From positions 1 to 61,847 of the forward strand of contig JBHIAV010000014.1 in the NCBI GenBank assembly GCA_046758745.1: a stretch of DNA of 61,847 nt. Reading direction: 5' to 3'. Both the position numbers and the translations under genes were made by a program. The stretch comes from Gemmatimonadota bacterium. GTDB taxonomy: Bacteria; Gemmatimonadota; Gemmatimonadetes; Palauibacterales; Palauibacteraceae. Positions 9,230 to 18,450 of the stretch are shown in pieces; positions within the stretch are counted from its first letter, which is position 1, and every line of letters begins with the position of its first letter. Below the pieces are notes generated by a model. The model searched no databases. It had not been told where the DNA came from and saw nothing but the letters and a program-made list of their open reading frames with translations.

Positions 9230-10473
9230 CGCCGGAGCGCGCGCTCGCGACGATCCCCGGCCGACTGGCCGGCCGAAACCTCGCCCTGTGGCTCCTCGCG
9301 ATCGCCGTGGGAGCGGCCGGCTTCTGGGTGTCGCTGCAGGACGCGCCACAGCGTGCCTGGCAGACGGTGTGGGTGAACTTCCTCTTCTGGACCGCCATCG
9401 CCCAGGCCGGCATCATCTTCGGCGCCATCCTGCAGGCAGCGAAGGGCCACTGGGGAAAGCCGTTCCTGCGCGTTGCCGAGGGTGCCGGCGCCTTCCTGCC
9501 GGTCTCGTTCGTGCTCTTCTTCCTTCTCTATTTCGGGGCCGGCCACATCTTCCCGTGGCTGCAGCCCGTCGAGGGCCACATCAACCGGACGTGGCTCACC
9601 CTGGAGGGGGTGTTCCTGCGGAACGGTATCCTCCTCCTGGTCCTGTACGGCGCGAGCTTCGTGTACCTCCGGCTCTCGCTGAGGCCTGACGCTCCCCTCG
9701 TCGCGGAGCGTCTCACCGGCTGGCGACGCACGCTGGTGGCCGGTCTGGCGCGCAGGTGGCGGGGCGACGCGGCCGAAGTGGAGCGCTCACGGCGCATCCT
9801 CGGGTGGTACTCCCCGGCGCTCATCCTCGCCTGGGCGGTCGTGTTCAGCTTCCTGTCATACGACCTCGCCATGTCGCTGATGCCGGGCTTCATCAGCGTC
9901 GTGTGGGGACCGTATTACTTCATCGGCGGCTGGCTGTGCCTGCTAGCATTGGTCGCCTTCCTGTCGCACCGGTACAAGCTCGAGTACGGCCTCGCGGACA
10001 TCTGGGGGAAGTGGCAGTACCACGACCTCGGCAAGCTGATCTTTGCGTTCGTCATCTTCTGGACCTACCTCTGGTGGTCCCAGTTCCTGGTGGTGTGGTA
10101 CGGGAACCTGGGACACGAGACGATCTTCTTCGAGCAGCGGACCTCGAACGGGTTCGGCCCTTGGTACACCGCGCAGATGGTGTTGATATTCGGTGTCCCG
10201 TTTCTGCTCCTGTTGGGTCGCCGGCCGAAGATGAACTCGGCCTTCCTCGCCTTCGTCGCGACGATCATCCTGGCCGGCTTCTGGCTCGAGCGCTTCAACC
10301 TGGTGGTCCCATCGGTGTGGCAGGGGGAGGGTGTGCCGCTCGGCTGGATGGAGCTCGCGATCTCGCTCGGCTTTGTCGGGCTGTTCGGACTCGCCTACTC
10401 GCTCTTCGCGAGCACCTTCCCCAAGCTCCAGATCCGGGATACGCTGGTCGGGCGGGCGAGCCGGGGGCCCTGA
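9223..10473 (+). CDS. actF: Alternative complex III ActF membrane subunit
   Basis: About 10 TM; HDLGKLIFAFVIFWTYLWWSQFLVVWYGN motif. Confidence 0.87.
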   Translation: MVTPERALATIPGRLAGRNLALWLLAIAVGAAGFWVSLQDAPQRAWQTVWVNFLFWTAIAQAGIIFGAILQAAKGHWGKPFLRVAEGAGAFLPVSFVLFFLLYFGAGHIFPWLQPVEGHINRTWLTLEGVFLRNGILLLVLYGASFVYLRLSLRPDAPLVAERLTGWRRTLVAGLARRWRGDAAEVERSRRILGWYSPALILAWAVVFSFLSYDLAMSLMPGFISVVWGPYYFIGGWLCLLALVAFLSHRYKLEYGLADIWGKWQYHDLGKLIFAFVIFWTYLWWSQFLVVWYGNLGHETIFFEQRTSNGFGPWYTAQMVLIFGVPFLLLLGRRPKMNSAFLAFVATIILAGFWLERFNLVVPSVWQGEGVPLGWMELAISLGFVGLFGLAYSLFASTFPKLQIRDTLVGRASRGP

Positions 10474-10521
10474 AGGATCCGCGGCCCTCCCGGCGCTCGA
10501 GAGGGTTCCCGAATCGGGTAG

Positions 10522-10555
10522 GCGAGGGGCCGGCGGGCCCCCGCCGGCCCCTCGC
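10522..10555. terminator. GC-rich hairpin after act operon
   Basis: GCGAGGGGCCGGCGG-GCCC-CCGCCGGCCCCTCGC perfect 15-bp stem; no U tract. Confidence 0.6.
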
Positions 10556-10674
10556 GTGACTGCCGAAGCCCCCCGGATGACGTATGCTTCTTATGTAACC
10601 ACCTTGTACTGCCCTCTGACTCCTTTGTGGAGCGGTAGGGCCGCATTCCGTCGCGCGGTAACCGGGAGAACGAA

Positions 10675-11343
10675 GTGCCGCGTAGCCTCCCGCCACAGCT
10701 CACGGAGCTGTTGGACAGCCCCGACCCCGCGTCTCGGGAGACCGCCTGGGCGGCGTTCCTCGAGCGGTACAGCCCGGTCCTGCTCCACACCGCGCGCAAG
10801 CTGGCACGGGACTACGACGAGGCGATGGACCGGTATCGGTTCGTGCTTACCGAGCTTCAGCGCGATGAACACAGGAGGCTTCGAGCTTACGCCGCCTACA
10901 GCGGCAGTACCTTCTCAAACTGGCTCATCGTTGTCGCCAGCCGGCTATGCACCGACTACCACCGAGCGCGGTACGGTCGCGTCCGAGGTTCCGAGGGACG
11001 GGACCTGACGGCCCACGAGGCACGGGAGGTCCGTCGCAGGCTGGCAGACTTCGACGTGGAAGAACTGGACCCTTCGCGCGTGCCGAGTCGAGGGGACGCG
11101 AGCCCCGACCAGCGGGTGCGAATCGCCGAGCTCTCGCGGGCGTTGGCTACCGCCCTCGGCGCTCTCGATACCAGAGACCGACTTCTCCTGAAACTCCGCT
11201 TCGAAGATGACCGCTCGGTCAGAGAGATCGCGGGCATCATGGGCTTTCCATCGGTGTTTCACGTATATCGCCGGTTGAAGGCCCTAAACGCTGTCCTTCG
11301 GCGCCAGCTGAAGAAGCAGGGGATCGATGCACCGGAACCGTAG
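10675..11343 (+). CDS. ECF-type sigma-70 factor (CHAT-associated)
   Basis: Region 2 FSNWLIVVASRLCTDYHR; region 4 LDTRDRLLLKLRF..SVREIAGIMG. Confidence 0.85.
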   Translation: MPRSLPPQLTELLDSPDPASRETAWAAFLERYSPVLLHTARKLARDYDEAMDRYRFVLTELQRDEHRRLRAYAAYSGSTFSNWLIVVASRLCTDYHRARYGRVRGSEGRDLTAHEAREVRRRLADFDVEELDPSRVPSRGDASPDQRVRIAELSRALATALGALDTRDRLLLKLRFEDDRSVREIAGIMGFPSVFHVYRRLKALNAVLRRQLKKQGIDAPEP

Positions 11344-11396
11344 TGAACTCGACGGCCGGGCAAGAACGCCCCCGACCCGAAGCGAGAATGGGATCC

Positions 11397-11423
11397 GCGC
11401 AAGAACCCCTTCGGCCGACCGTT
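11397..11423 (+). promoter_or_regulatory. Candidate ECF promoter GCGCAA-N13-CGACCGTT upstream of anti-sigma/CHAT genes
   Basis: Same bipartite motif with identical spacing at 15190-15216. Confidence 0.55.
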
Positions 11424-11480
11424 CTAACCAAGTGGAGGGGAAGACGTGGAGAAGCTGACCGCTGCGGAGGAGCGAGCCGC

Positions 11481-12125
11481 ATGACGCCCATGGGTGAGGA
11501 TCGGCACGAAGGATCCTCCGGGACCCTGGGGAACGAGGAGACCGTCCACGTCACGACGGAAGAGATCGCGGCCTACCTGGAGCGCTCGCTCTCGAACGCG
11601 GAACAGGCGACGATCGAAGCACATCTGACGGAGTGCGCCCTGTGCCGCGAAGACGTCGCGCAGGCATGGGACCTTATTCACCCGAAGGCACCGCGGAAGC
11701 GCTGGCTGTACGCGATCCCGCCGGCGGCCGCCGCGGCCGTGGTCGCGTTTCTTCTGTTGGCCGGGCCACGAAGCGCCGGGCCTCCGGAACCCACCTGGGA
11801 GACGCGGCAGAGGACCGAGCGTGCTTCCGAGCGGGAGGCGGTGGCCTCGATCGCTCCCGTGACGCCGTTACCGGAGGCGCCTGTTGATCCGGACCGGATC
11901 ATGTTCACCTGGCGCGGCATCGGCGGCCAACCCTCCTACACCCTCACGCTCACCGCCGAGAACGGAGAGGCGATGTGGACCGCGGGCACATCCGACACCT
12001 CACTCGTCCTTCCGCCGGACATCCGCCTCGAGCCGGGGCGACTCTATTTCTGGTATGTCGACGCTCTGCTGGCCGACGGCCGCTCCGCTACCTCGGGGTT
12101 GCAAAGCTTCACGACAAGACAATGA
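11481..12125 (+). CDS. Membrane-anchored zinc-binding (zf-HC2/ZAS) anti-sigma factor with extracytoplasmic beta-rich domain
   Basis: RBS GGAGGA; HLTECALC; single TM AAAAAVVAFLLLAG; C-terminal Fn3/Ig-like part (FTW..YTLTL..YFWYV). Confidence 0.83.
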   Translation: MTPMGEDRHEGSSGTLGNEETVHVTTEEIAAYLERSLSNAEQATIEAHLTECALCREDVAQAWDLIHPKAPRKRWLYAIPPAAAAAVVAFLLLAGPRSAGPPEPTWETRQRTERASEREAVASIAPVTPLPEAPVDPDRIMFTWRGIGGQPSYTLTLTAENGEAMWTAGTSDTSLVLPPDIRLEPGRLYFWYVDALLADGRSATSGLQSFTTRQ

Positions 12126-15100
12126 GGTTTCCCGCCCTGTCGGCGAGCGCGTCGTGGCTGGTCATCCTGACCATCGCGGCTGGAGCCTGCTCGAGAGTGG
12201 GAGACCGGGAAGGAGCTGACGAAGGCGGAGGCCAAGAAGAAGCCACTTGGAAGGAGAGCCAACCCGTCGAACTCCACACGGCCCTCGACTCGCTCCTGGG
12301 CGCTGGCGAGCGCGCGTTCGAGGAAGGCGAGTACGCGAGCGCGCAGACCGCGTTCGATTCGGCACGCGAGATGGCGGGCGGGCTCGGCGATAGCGCGGAG
12401 GTCGCCCGAGCGCTCACGTGGAGCGGTATCTCTGCTCGCTGGCTCGGTGACTTCGAAACAGCACGCCGGCACGGCGAGCTGGCTCTGACGCTCAAGCAGC
12501 GGCTTCGCCTCCGGGGCCATGAGCCCGATCTCTTCAGCTCGTACAACTCGCTGGGGCTTCTCGCCTGGTGGGAGGGCCGGCTGTTCGACGCCCTCGAGCT
12601 CTACGAGAGAGCCTACGCATTGGCCGAGGCTGAGCCAGATGCTGAGAACCTCGCCAAGGTCGCCAGCAACCGCGCCCTCGTTCGCATGGACCTCGGGGAC
12701 TTCTCGAGAGCCCGAAGGGAGCTCGAGACGGCGCTGGCGACGGCGCGCACGATCGGAGATCCGCTCATAGAGGGCCGGGTGCTCGACAACCTCGCTACGC
12801 TGGAGGTTCAGGTCGGCAGCCCGGTGCGCGCTGTCGCCTTCCTCGAGGATGCGCGGCGGCTCAGCCGAGAGGCCGGCGACTTGACCGCCGAGACGTACAA
12901 CCTGGGTCAGCTCGGCAGCGCATACAGCGCGATCGGCGAGCTCGGCCGGGCGATCGCCTACATCGACAGCGCGATGCAGCTATCGCGGTCACAGGGACTG
13001 CGGTTTGAAGAGGCCGCGAACCTCGAGCAGCTCGCCGACGTCCACGCCGAAGCCGGCCGCTACCGCCATGCCCTTCGGTTGCTTGCCGAAGCGAAGGGGA
13101 TCCATGGCGGGCTCGGTCTCGATCTGGAGACCGGCATCGACCTGCGGCGGGAGGCCGACATCTACGACTTGCTGGGAGACCTCGAGCGGGCGCGGCGCCA
13201 CGCTTCCGAGGCCCTCGAGCGTCATCGCCGGGTCGGGGCACCTTTCGAGGTTCTCGCCGACCTGCTCCTGCTCGTGGATCTCACGCACCTGTCGGACCGG
13301 CCACATGAAACGCGGCGCCACCTGGACGGCGCGCGCAGGTTGACCATGGAACTTGACACCCGCCACGCGAGGGCTTCGCTGGCCCTTGCGGAAGCCAGGT
13401 TCGCCATGCGGGATCGGCGGGCGGATGATGCGTTAGCTTTCCTCGCGGCCGCCGCGCGCGATTTCGAAGGCGGGGGCTTCGGAACGGAGTGGCGGGCCCA
13501 TGCGCTACGAGCCCGTGCCCACGCGAGTCTCGGACGGCTCGATTCGGCGGCGGCGGCGGGCCGGGAGGCGGTCGCAGCCGTGGAACGATCGCGCAGCCGG
13601 TTCGCCGGGGCCGTACTTCGGGCCTCCTACGGGGCCGCCCGAGTGGAGGTGTACGCCGATCTCGTCGACATCCTGCTGAGTCTCGACAGGGTCGAGGAAG
13701 CCTTCGAGGTGGCCGACGCGGCGCGCGGTCGGGCGCTTCTCGAGTCACTACCGATGGCCACCGAACGCGCCCGCGAGCCGGAGACTGAGACTCCCGGTCC
13801 CGCGGCCTTTGCCGGGGCTCGTGAGCGACCGCGATCCGGCACCGGGTGGGAGACGCTCCAGGATCTCGCGACCGCGGAGGAGCTCCTGATCCGTATCGAC
13901 ACGCTCGTCCACCGGATCGACGGCATCGACTCGCTCCCGGCCGCCGAGCAGACGGAGCTCGAAACGGAGGCCGCCAGGCTGTACGCCGAGCTGGATCGCG
14001 CGAGATCGGAGTACGAGGCCGTGCTGGTCCGGGCGAATGAGGAGAATCCGGCCGGCTCGCGGCTCATAGGGGCGGGGCGGGCAGGAGCCGGAGAGGTGAG
14101 GACCGCCCTCGGCCACGACGAGGCACTGCTCGAGTTCCTGCTCACATCGAAAAAGCTGTTCCTGTTCGTCGTGCGGCCGAGCGGCGCCCAGGCGTTCGCA
14201 ACCGAGATCCAGCCGGAGCGTTTCAAGAGCCGGATCCGGGTGGCGCGGGAGCTTCTCCAGAGCCCTAAGGTTCTGGCGCCGGGGCGGAGCGCCGTCCTGT
14301 CCGGTCTCCGCGACCTGCTGATCGGACCGGCCATCTCGGCTGGCACGCTTCGGGGCGTGAGCCGGCTGGTGATCATCCCTCATTCCGAGCTCAATTACCT
14401 GCCCCTCGCGGCGCTGCTTGACGACGCGACGGGTCGCTACCTCGCGGAGGAGTACACTCTGCTTCACGCCCCGTCCGCGGCCGCGCTCGCGGCGATGCGA
14501 ACCCGGCCGCGCCGGCGGCCACCCGGAGAGAGCCCACCCCCGGAGGTCCGACGGCTCGAGGGCGGCGCGCCGGCCGCCTTTGCCCCGCTGCCCGAGGAGC
14601 TTCCAGCCACTGCCCTCGAGGCCGAAGCGTTCGGGCGCATCGTCGAAGGAGCCGAGGTCTTCCTAGGAGCGGAGGCGACGGAGGGACGGTTTCGTGAAAC
14701 GCTGGCGGGTGGCGGTGTGGTTCACGCCGCCACGCACGGGATCCTCAACGCCTGGAATCCCATGTTCTCGAGGATCGAGCTGGCGTCCGGCCCTGTCGGT
14801 ACGCCGGAGGACGACGGCCGCCTCGAAGTCCACGAAGTTCTGAACTCGCGCGTGCGCAGCCCGCTCGTCTTCCTCTCAGGCTGCGAGACGGGCCGCGGCA
14901 CCGTCGGTTCGACCCGATACGTCGGCGGCGAGGACTACGCAACGCTGGCGCAGGCCTTCCTGTTCGCCGGTGCCGAGAACGTGGTGGCCACTTTGTGGCG
15001 GGTCGACGATGAGGGCGCGGGCGCCTTCGCCGAGCGGTTTTTCCAGCGGCTCGGCACCTCTTCGTTCGCGGAGACCCTGGCCCTCGCGCAGCGCGATATG

Positions 15101-15169
15101 ATAGAGGATCCGCGGTACGCGAGTCCTTTCTACTGGGCGGGCTACCGGCTGGACGGACGCAGCCAATGA
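12122..15169 (+). CDS. TPR-CHAT (caspase-like) protease with predicted lipoprotein signal
   Basis: ATGA overlap with anti-sigma; signal ..LTIAAGAC; many TPRs; CHAT motifs LVIIPHSELNYLP, VHAATHG (His), LVFLSGCETG (Cys), VVATLWRVDD, SPFYWAG. Confidence 0.9.
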   Translation: MRFPALSASASWLVILTIAAGACSRVGDREGADEGGGQEEATWKESQPVELHTALDSLLGAGERAFEEGEYASAQTAFDSAREMAGGLGDSAEVARALTWSGISARWLGDFETARRHGELALTLKQRLRLRGHEPDLFSSYNSLGLLAWWEGRLFDALELYERAYALAEAEPDAENLAKVASNRALVRMDLGDFSRARRELETALATARTIGDPLIEGRVLDNLATLEVQVGSPVRAVAFLEDARRLSREAGDLTAETYNLGQLGSAYSAIGELGRAIAYIDSAMQLSRSQGLRFEEAANLEQLADVHAEAGRYRHALRLLAEAKGIHGGLGLDLETGIDLRREADIYDLLGDLERARRHASEALERHRRVGAPFEVLADLLLLVDLTHLSDRPHETRRHLDGARRLTMELDTRHARASLALAEARFAMRDRRADDALAFLAAAARDFEGGGFGTEWRAHALRARAHASLGRLDSAAAAGREAVAAVERSRSRFAGAVLRASYGAARVEVYADLVDILLSLDRVEEAFEVADAARGRALLESLPMATERAREPETETPGPAAFAGARERPRSGTGWETLQDLATAEELLIRIDTLVHRIDGIDSLPAAEQTELETEAARLYAELDRARSEYEAVLVRANEENPAGSRLIGAGRAGAGEVRTALGHDEALLEFLLTSKKLFLFVVRPSGAQAFATEIQPERFKSRIRVARELLQSPKVLAPGRSAVLSGLRDLLIGPAISAGTLRGVSRLVIIPHSELNYLPLAALLDDATGRYLAEEYTLLHAPSAAALAAMRTRPRRRPPGESPPPEVRRLEGGAPAAFAPLPEELPATALEAEAFGRIVEGAEVFLGAEATEGRFRETLAGGGVVHAATHGILNAWNPMFSRIELASGPVGTPEDDGRLEVHEVLNSRVRSPLVFLSGCETGRGTVGSTRYVGGEDYATLAQAFLFAGAENVVATLWRVDDEGAGAFAERFFQRLGTSSFAETLALAQRDMIEDPRYASPFYWAGYRLDGRSQ

Positions 15170-15189
15170 CGCCGCCCCTGCCAAGCGAG

Positions 15190-15216
15190 GCGCAAAGTAG
15201 CGATCCGGCGTCCGTT
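15190..15216 (+). promoter_or_regulatory. Candidate ECF promoter GCGCAA-N13-CGTCCGTT upstream of lipoprotein
   Basis: Matches 11397-11423; lies about 40 bp before ATG 15258. Confidence 0.55.
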
Positions 15217-15257
15217 ACCCCTGAACAAAGGACGTAACGCTCGCTCGGAGGTGTCCG

Positions 15258-16379
15258 ATGACTCCCGTACGCCGCTTCTCGGTCCCGCTCCTTACGAGCC
15301 TGGGGCTCGGGGCCGCCGCCTGGTCGGCCGCGTGCTCCGACTCCTCGCCCATGTCTCCACAGGTCATGGAGATACAGGCCGCCAAGGGAGGCAACGGCAA
15401 CTCAGGCGGGGATGTCACCGTGGACGCGACCGACCCGACGAGCGCGCCCCAGGGCGTCACGCTCGACGTCCGGATCCTCGGAATGGGGTACGAGCCGGGG
15501 TTCCAGGCGCGCTTCCTGCTCAACGGCAAGAAGACGGGCGACATTCACACGAACTCGACAGCGTTCGTCAGCCCGACCGAGCTCGTGGCGAACATCACGA
15601 TCGATGCGGACGCTACGACGGATCTCTTCGACGTCGAAGCCTTCAAGGGCAAGAGGCGCGGCATCGGCATCGATCTGTTCGAGGTCACCTGCGGCAGCCA
15701 ACCCCCGCACTCCGGAAGCAACGGCAAGGGGAATCAGGGCGAGGCCCTGAGCGTGCGGTTCCTGAGCTCGCAGGCCGGTGGCTTCGGCGTCAGCGCGGGC
15801 ATCTACGTGAGCTCCGCGCAGACGGTCAACGGCCAGAATACAGCGGACGGGACGGACATCAACAGCCAGGGGCCCTACACCCTCACCTTCGGGCTGCCGG
15901 CCGGCCACGCTTGCCTCATAGACGAAGCGTTCGGGACGGGGACGGATCCGGAGAGCGAAAGCGAGGACGTCAACCTGCTCGCGCTGCTGAACGGGAAGGA
16001 GCTCACCTCCGCTGACGGCTTCGGCATGGTCTTCGACAAGACCGAGGGCACCGGCGGCGGCTTCTCCCAGAACGACCGGATCCGGGTGGGCTTCAACTCG
16101 TTCACGATCCCCGAAGATGCGGTCCACGTCTACGCCATCCGCCTCCACAGCATCAACACGCCCGAGTACGATCCCGCCGTGGATGTGTGGTTCGAGGACA
16201 CGGTGGTGGACGGCCAGATCGTCGAGACGCGGATCAACGTCCGGAAAGAGAACATCCGCGTCGACAAGCTGCGGCCGACGGGCAAGAAGGGGAAGAACAC
16301 GTTGGAGCTCGTGGACCGCGACACCTGCGTGCTGGGCGCCGAATACGCCATCACCATCTCCCCAGCTCCGGCTCCGTAG
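15258..16379 (+). CDS. Hypothetical lipoprotein: IPT/TIG-like domain plus duplicated C-terminal domain
   Basis: RBS GGAGG; signal ..WSAAC; TIG-like VTVDATDPTSAPQG..FVSPTELVANITI; C-terminal 213 aa identical to 17588-18373 product. Confidence 0.8.
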   Translation: MTPVRRFSVPLLTSLGLGAAAWSAACSDSSPMSPQVMEIQAAKGGNGNSGGDVTVDATDPTSAPQGVTLDVRILGMGYEPGFQARFLLNGKKTGDIHTNSTAFVSPTELVANITIDADATTDLFDVEAFKGKRRGIGIDLFEVTCGSQPPHSGSNGKGNQGEALSVRFLSSQAGGFGVSAGIYVSSAQTVNGQNTADGTDINSQGPYTLTFGLPAGHACLIDEAFGTGTDPESESEDVNLLALLNGKELTSADGFGMVFDKTEGTGGGFSQNDRIRVGFNSFTIPEDAVHVYAIRLHSINTPEYDPAVDVWFEDTVVDGQIVETRINVRKENIRVDKLRPTGKKGKNTLELVDRDTCVLGAEYAITISPAPAP

Positions 16380-16380
16380 G
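15736..16380 (+). repeat. 645-bp direct repeat, copy 1
   Basis: Appears identical to 17730-18374 (offset 1994 bp); all overlapping ORF translations match. Confidence 0.93.
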
Positions 16381-16432
16381 ACAAGCCCGTGGACGCCTCG
16401 TTTTCGCGCGCTCCCGGACGCGCTTACCCTCC

Positions 16433-17203
16433 ATGCTAGAGCTCCGCACCCTGGGAGCGATCGACCTCAGAGCGCACGACGGACGGGACGTGCGATCGAT
16501 CCTTAAGGGCCCCAAGCGCCTGGCCCTTCTCGCCTACCTTGCCCTCCGCATGTCGCACGGCTTTCAGAGACGGGACGCCATCGTCGGTCTTCTGTGGCCG
16601 GAGCTGAATCAGGAACGAGCCCGGCACGCGCTTCGGAACACCCTCCACTCGCTGCGGTCGGCGCTCGCCGATGGCGCGGTGGTGAACCGGGGTGACGAGG
16701 AGGTGGGAATCGCGCGAGGACGGCTGTGGTGCGACGCGGTGGCCTTCGAAGAGGCTCTTGAGAGAGGGGATGGGTTCCGGGCCGCAGAGCTGTACCGCGG
16801 CGAGCTGCTGCCGGCTTTCTTCCTTGCCGACGCGCCGGACTTCGAACGCTGGCTCGAGGCGGAGCGCCGCCGGCTTCGCGCGCGGGCGGTCGACGCGGCA
16901 TGGAGCGCCGCGCGTGCGTGCGAGGCGGCCGACGACGTATCGGACGCCAAGCGCTACGGGCGCCGCGCGGTGGGGCTCGACCCGGCAGACGAGGTAAGCG
17001 TCCGCCGTCTCATCGCACTGCTCGACCGTCTGGGCGACCGGCTGGGCGCGGTCCACGCCTACCAGGAGTTCGCCTTGCGCTTCAAAGCCGAGTACGGTCT
17101 GCGGCCCTCCCCGGAGACGCGGGAGCTGATCGGAGTCGTGTCGAGTCGCGACGAGGCGGAGAGCGCCGCATCGAGCCACCGTGTGGAGGCCTCGACGCTG
17201 TAG
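16433..17203 (+). CDS. SARP/AfsR-type transcriptional regulator (wHTH + BTAD)
   Basis: LRTLGAIDL, PKRLALLAYLA, LLWPE, CDAVAFE, ELYRGELL, FERWLEAER, PSPET motifs. Confidence 0.9.
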   Translation: MLELRTLGAIDLRAHDGRDVRSILKGPKRLALLAYLALRMSHGFQRRDAIVGLLWPELNQERARHALRNTLHSLRSALADGAVVNRGDEEVGIARGRLWCDAVAFEEALERGDGFRAAELYRGELLPAFFLADAPDFERWLEAERRRLRARAVDAAWSAARACEAADDVSDAKRYGRRAVGLDPADEVSVRRLIALLDRLGDRLGAVHAYQEFALRFKAEYGLRPSPETRELIGVVSSRDEAESAASSHRVEASTL

Positions 17204-17587
17204 CTCCTGCACGAGGCCTCGCCGTGCCTGCACAACCGCACGCGCTCCGTACGCCCTCCCATAGTCCAATACTCTCAACTGTTTCTTCTCTCCGCCGCGC
17301 GAAGCGCCGGCGTGACACGGCTCGTCCGTGGAGGCTAGAGCCGGAGACGGCGGGGCAGCCGCCAAGTTCAGGTACGGCCAGCCGACAGCCGGCGACTGCC
17401 CAGCGGATGAATGGGCGGACGGCCACCGGACGACAGGCGGACGGTTACCGGACGACGGGCGGGCGGCCAGCGGATGCCCGTGAAGCATCCTGAAGGTGGC
17501 GCGCAACGAGCCGGAGTTCCCGAGCCACATGAGTTGCGCCCCCCGCTCGTCAAGCGACGGCCCGGAAACACTTACGAGGAGGGACCA

Positions 17588-18373
17588 ATGAGACGGCTCG
17601 CACACTGCTTCTGGCTACTCGCCATTACCGTCGGCCTCGCCGGCGCGTGCGATGACCAGATGACCATGCCGACGGCGGCCCCGGCCTTCGACAAGCCCCC
17701 CCATGCCGGCGGCAACGGCAAGGGGAACAAGGGCGAGGCCCTGAGCGTGCGGTTCCTGAGCTCGCAGGCCGGTGGCTTCGGCGTCAGCGCGGGCATCTAC
17801 GTGAGCTCCGCGCAGACGGTCAACGGCCAGAATACAGCGGACGGGACGGACATCAACAGCCAGGGGCCCTACACCCTCACCTTCGGGCTGCCGGCCGGCC
17901 ACGCTTGCCTCATAGACGAAGCGTTCGGGACGGGGACGGATCCGGAGAGCGAAAGCGAGGACGTCAACCTGCTCGCGCTGCTGAACGGGAAGGAGCTCAC
18001 CTCCGCTGACGGCTTCGGCATGGTCTTCGACAAGACCGAGGGCACCGGCGGCGGCTTCTCCCAGAACGACCGGATCCGGGTGGGCTTCAACTCGTTCACG
18101 ATCCCCGAAGATGCGGTCCACGTCTACGCCATCCGCCTCCACAGCATCAACACGCCCGAGTACGATCCCGCCGTGGATGTGTGGTTCGAGGACACGGTGG
18201 TGGACGGCCAGATCGTCGAGACGCGGATCAACGTCCGGAAAGAGAACATCCGCGTCGACAAGCTGCGGCCGACGGGCAAGAAGGGGAAGAACACGTTGGA
18301 GCTCGTGGACCGCGACACCTGCGTGCTGGGCGCCGAATACGCCATCACCATCTCCCCAGCTCCGGCTCCGTAG
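17588..18373 (+). CDS. Hypothetical lipoprotein, paralogue of 15258-16379 lacking the TIG domain
   Basis: RBS GAGGAGG; signal MRRLAHCFWLLAITVGLAGAC. Confidence 0.8.
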   Translation: MRRLAHCFWLLAITVGLAGACDDQMTMPTAAPAFDKPPHAGGNGKGNKGEALSVRFLSSQAGGFGVSAGIYVSSAQTVNGQNTADGTDINSQGPYTLTFGLPAGHACLIDEAFGTGTDPESESEDVNLLALLNGKELTSADGFGMVFDKTEGTGGGFSQNDRIRVGFNSFTIPEDAVHVYAIRLHSINTPEYDPAVDVWFEDTVVDGQIVETRINVRKENIRVDKLRPTGKKGKNTLELVDRDTCVLGAEYAITISPAPAP

Positions 18374-18374
18374 G
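17730..18374 (+). repeat. 645-bp direct repeat, copy 2
   Basis: Matches 15736-16380. Confidence 0.93.
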
Positions 18375-18395
18375 GCGCGCCAGCGTGGGAAACGA

Positions 18396-18421
18396 AAGGG
18401 GCGACCGGACGGTCGCCCCTT
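18396..18421. terminator. Hairpin between convergent genes
   Basis: AAGGGGCGACC-GGAC-GGTCGCCCCTT. Confidence 0.65.
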
Positions 18422-18450
18422 CCTGCGCCTGACGGTTCCGAGCTCGCGGA

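Noticed and set aside
12122-15169. TPR-CHAT as part of a type III-E CRISPR (Craspase) locus
   Set aside because: No Cas7-11 or array nearby; the protein has a signal peptide and a TM anti-sigma partner
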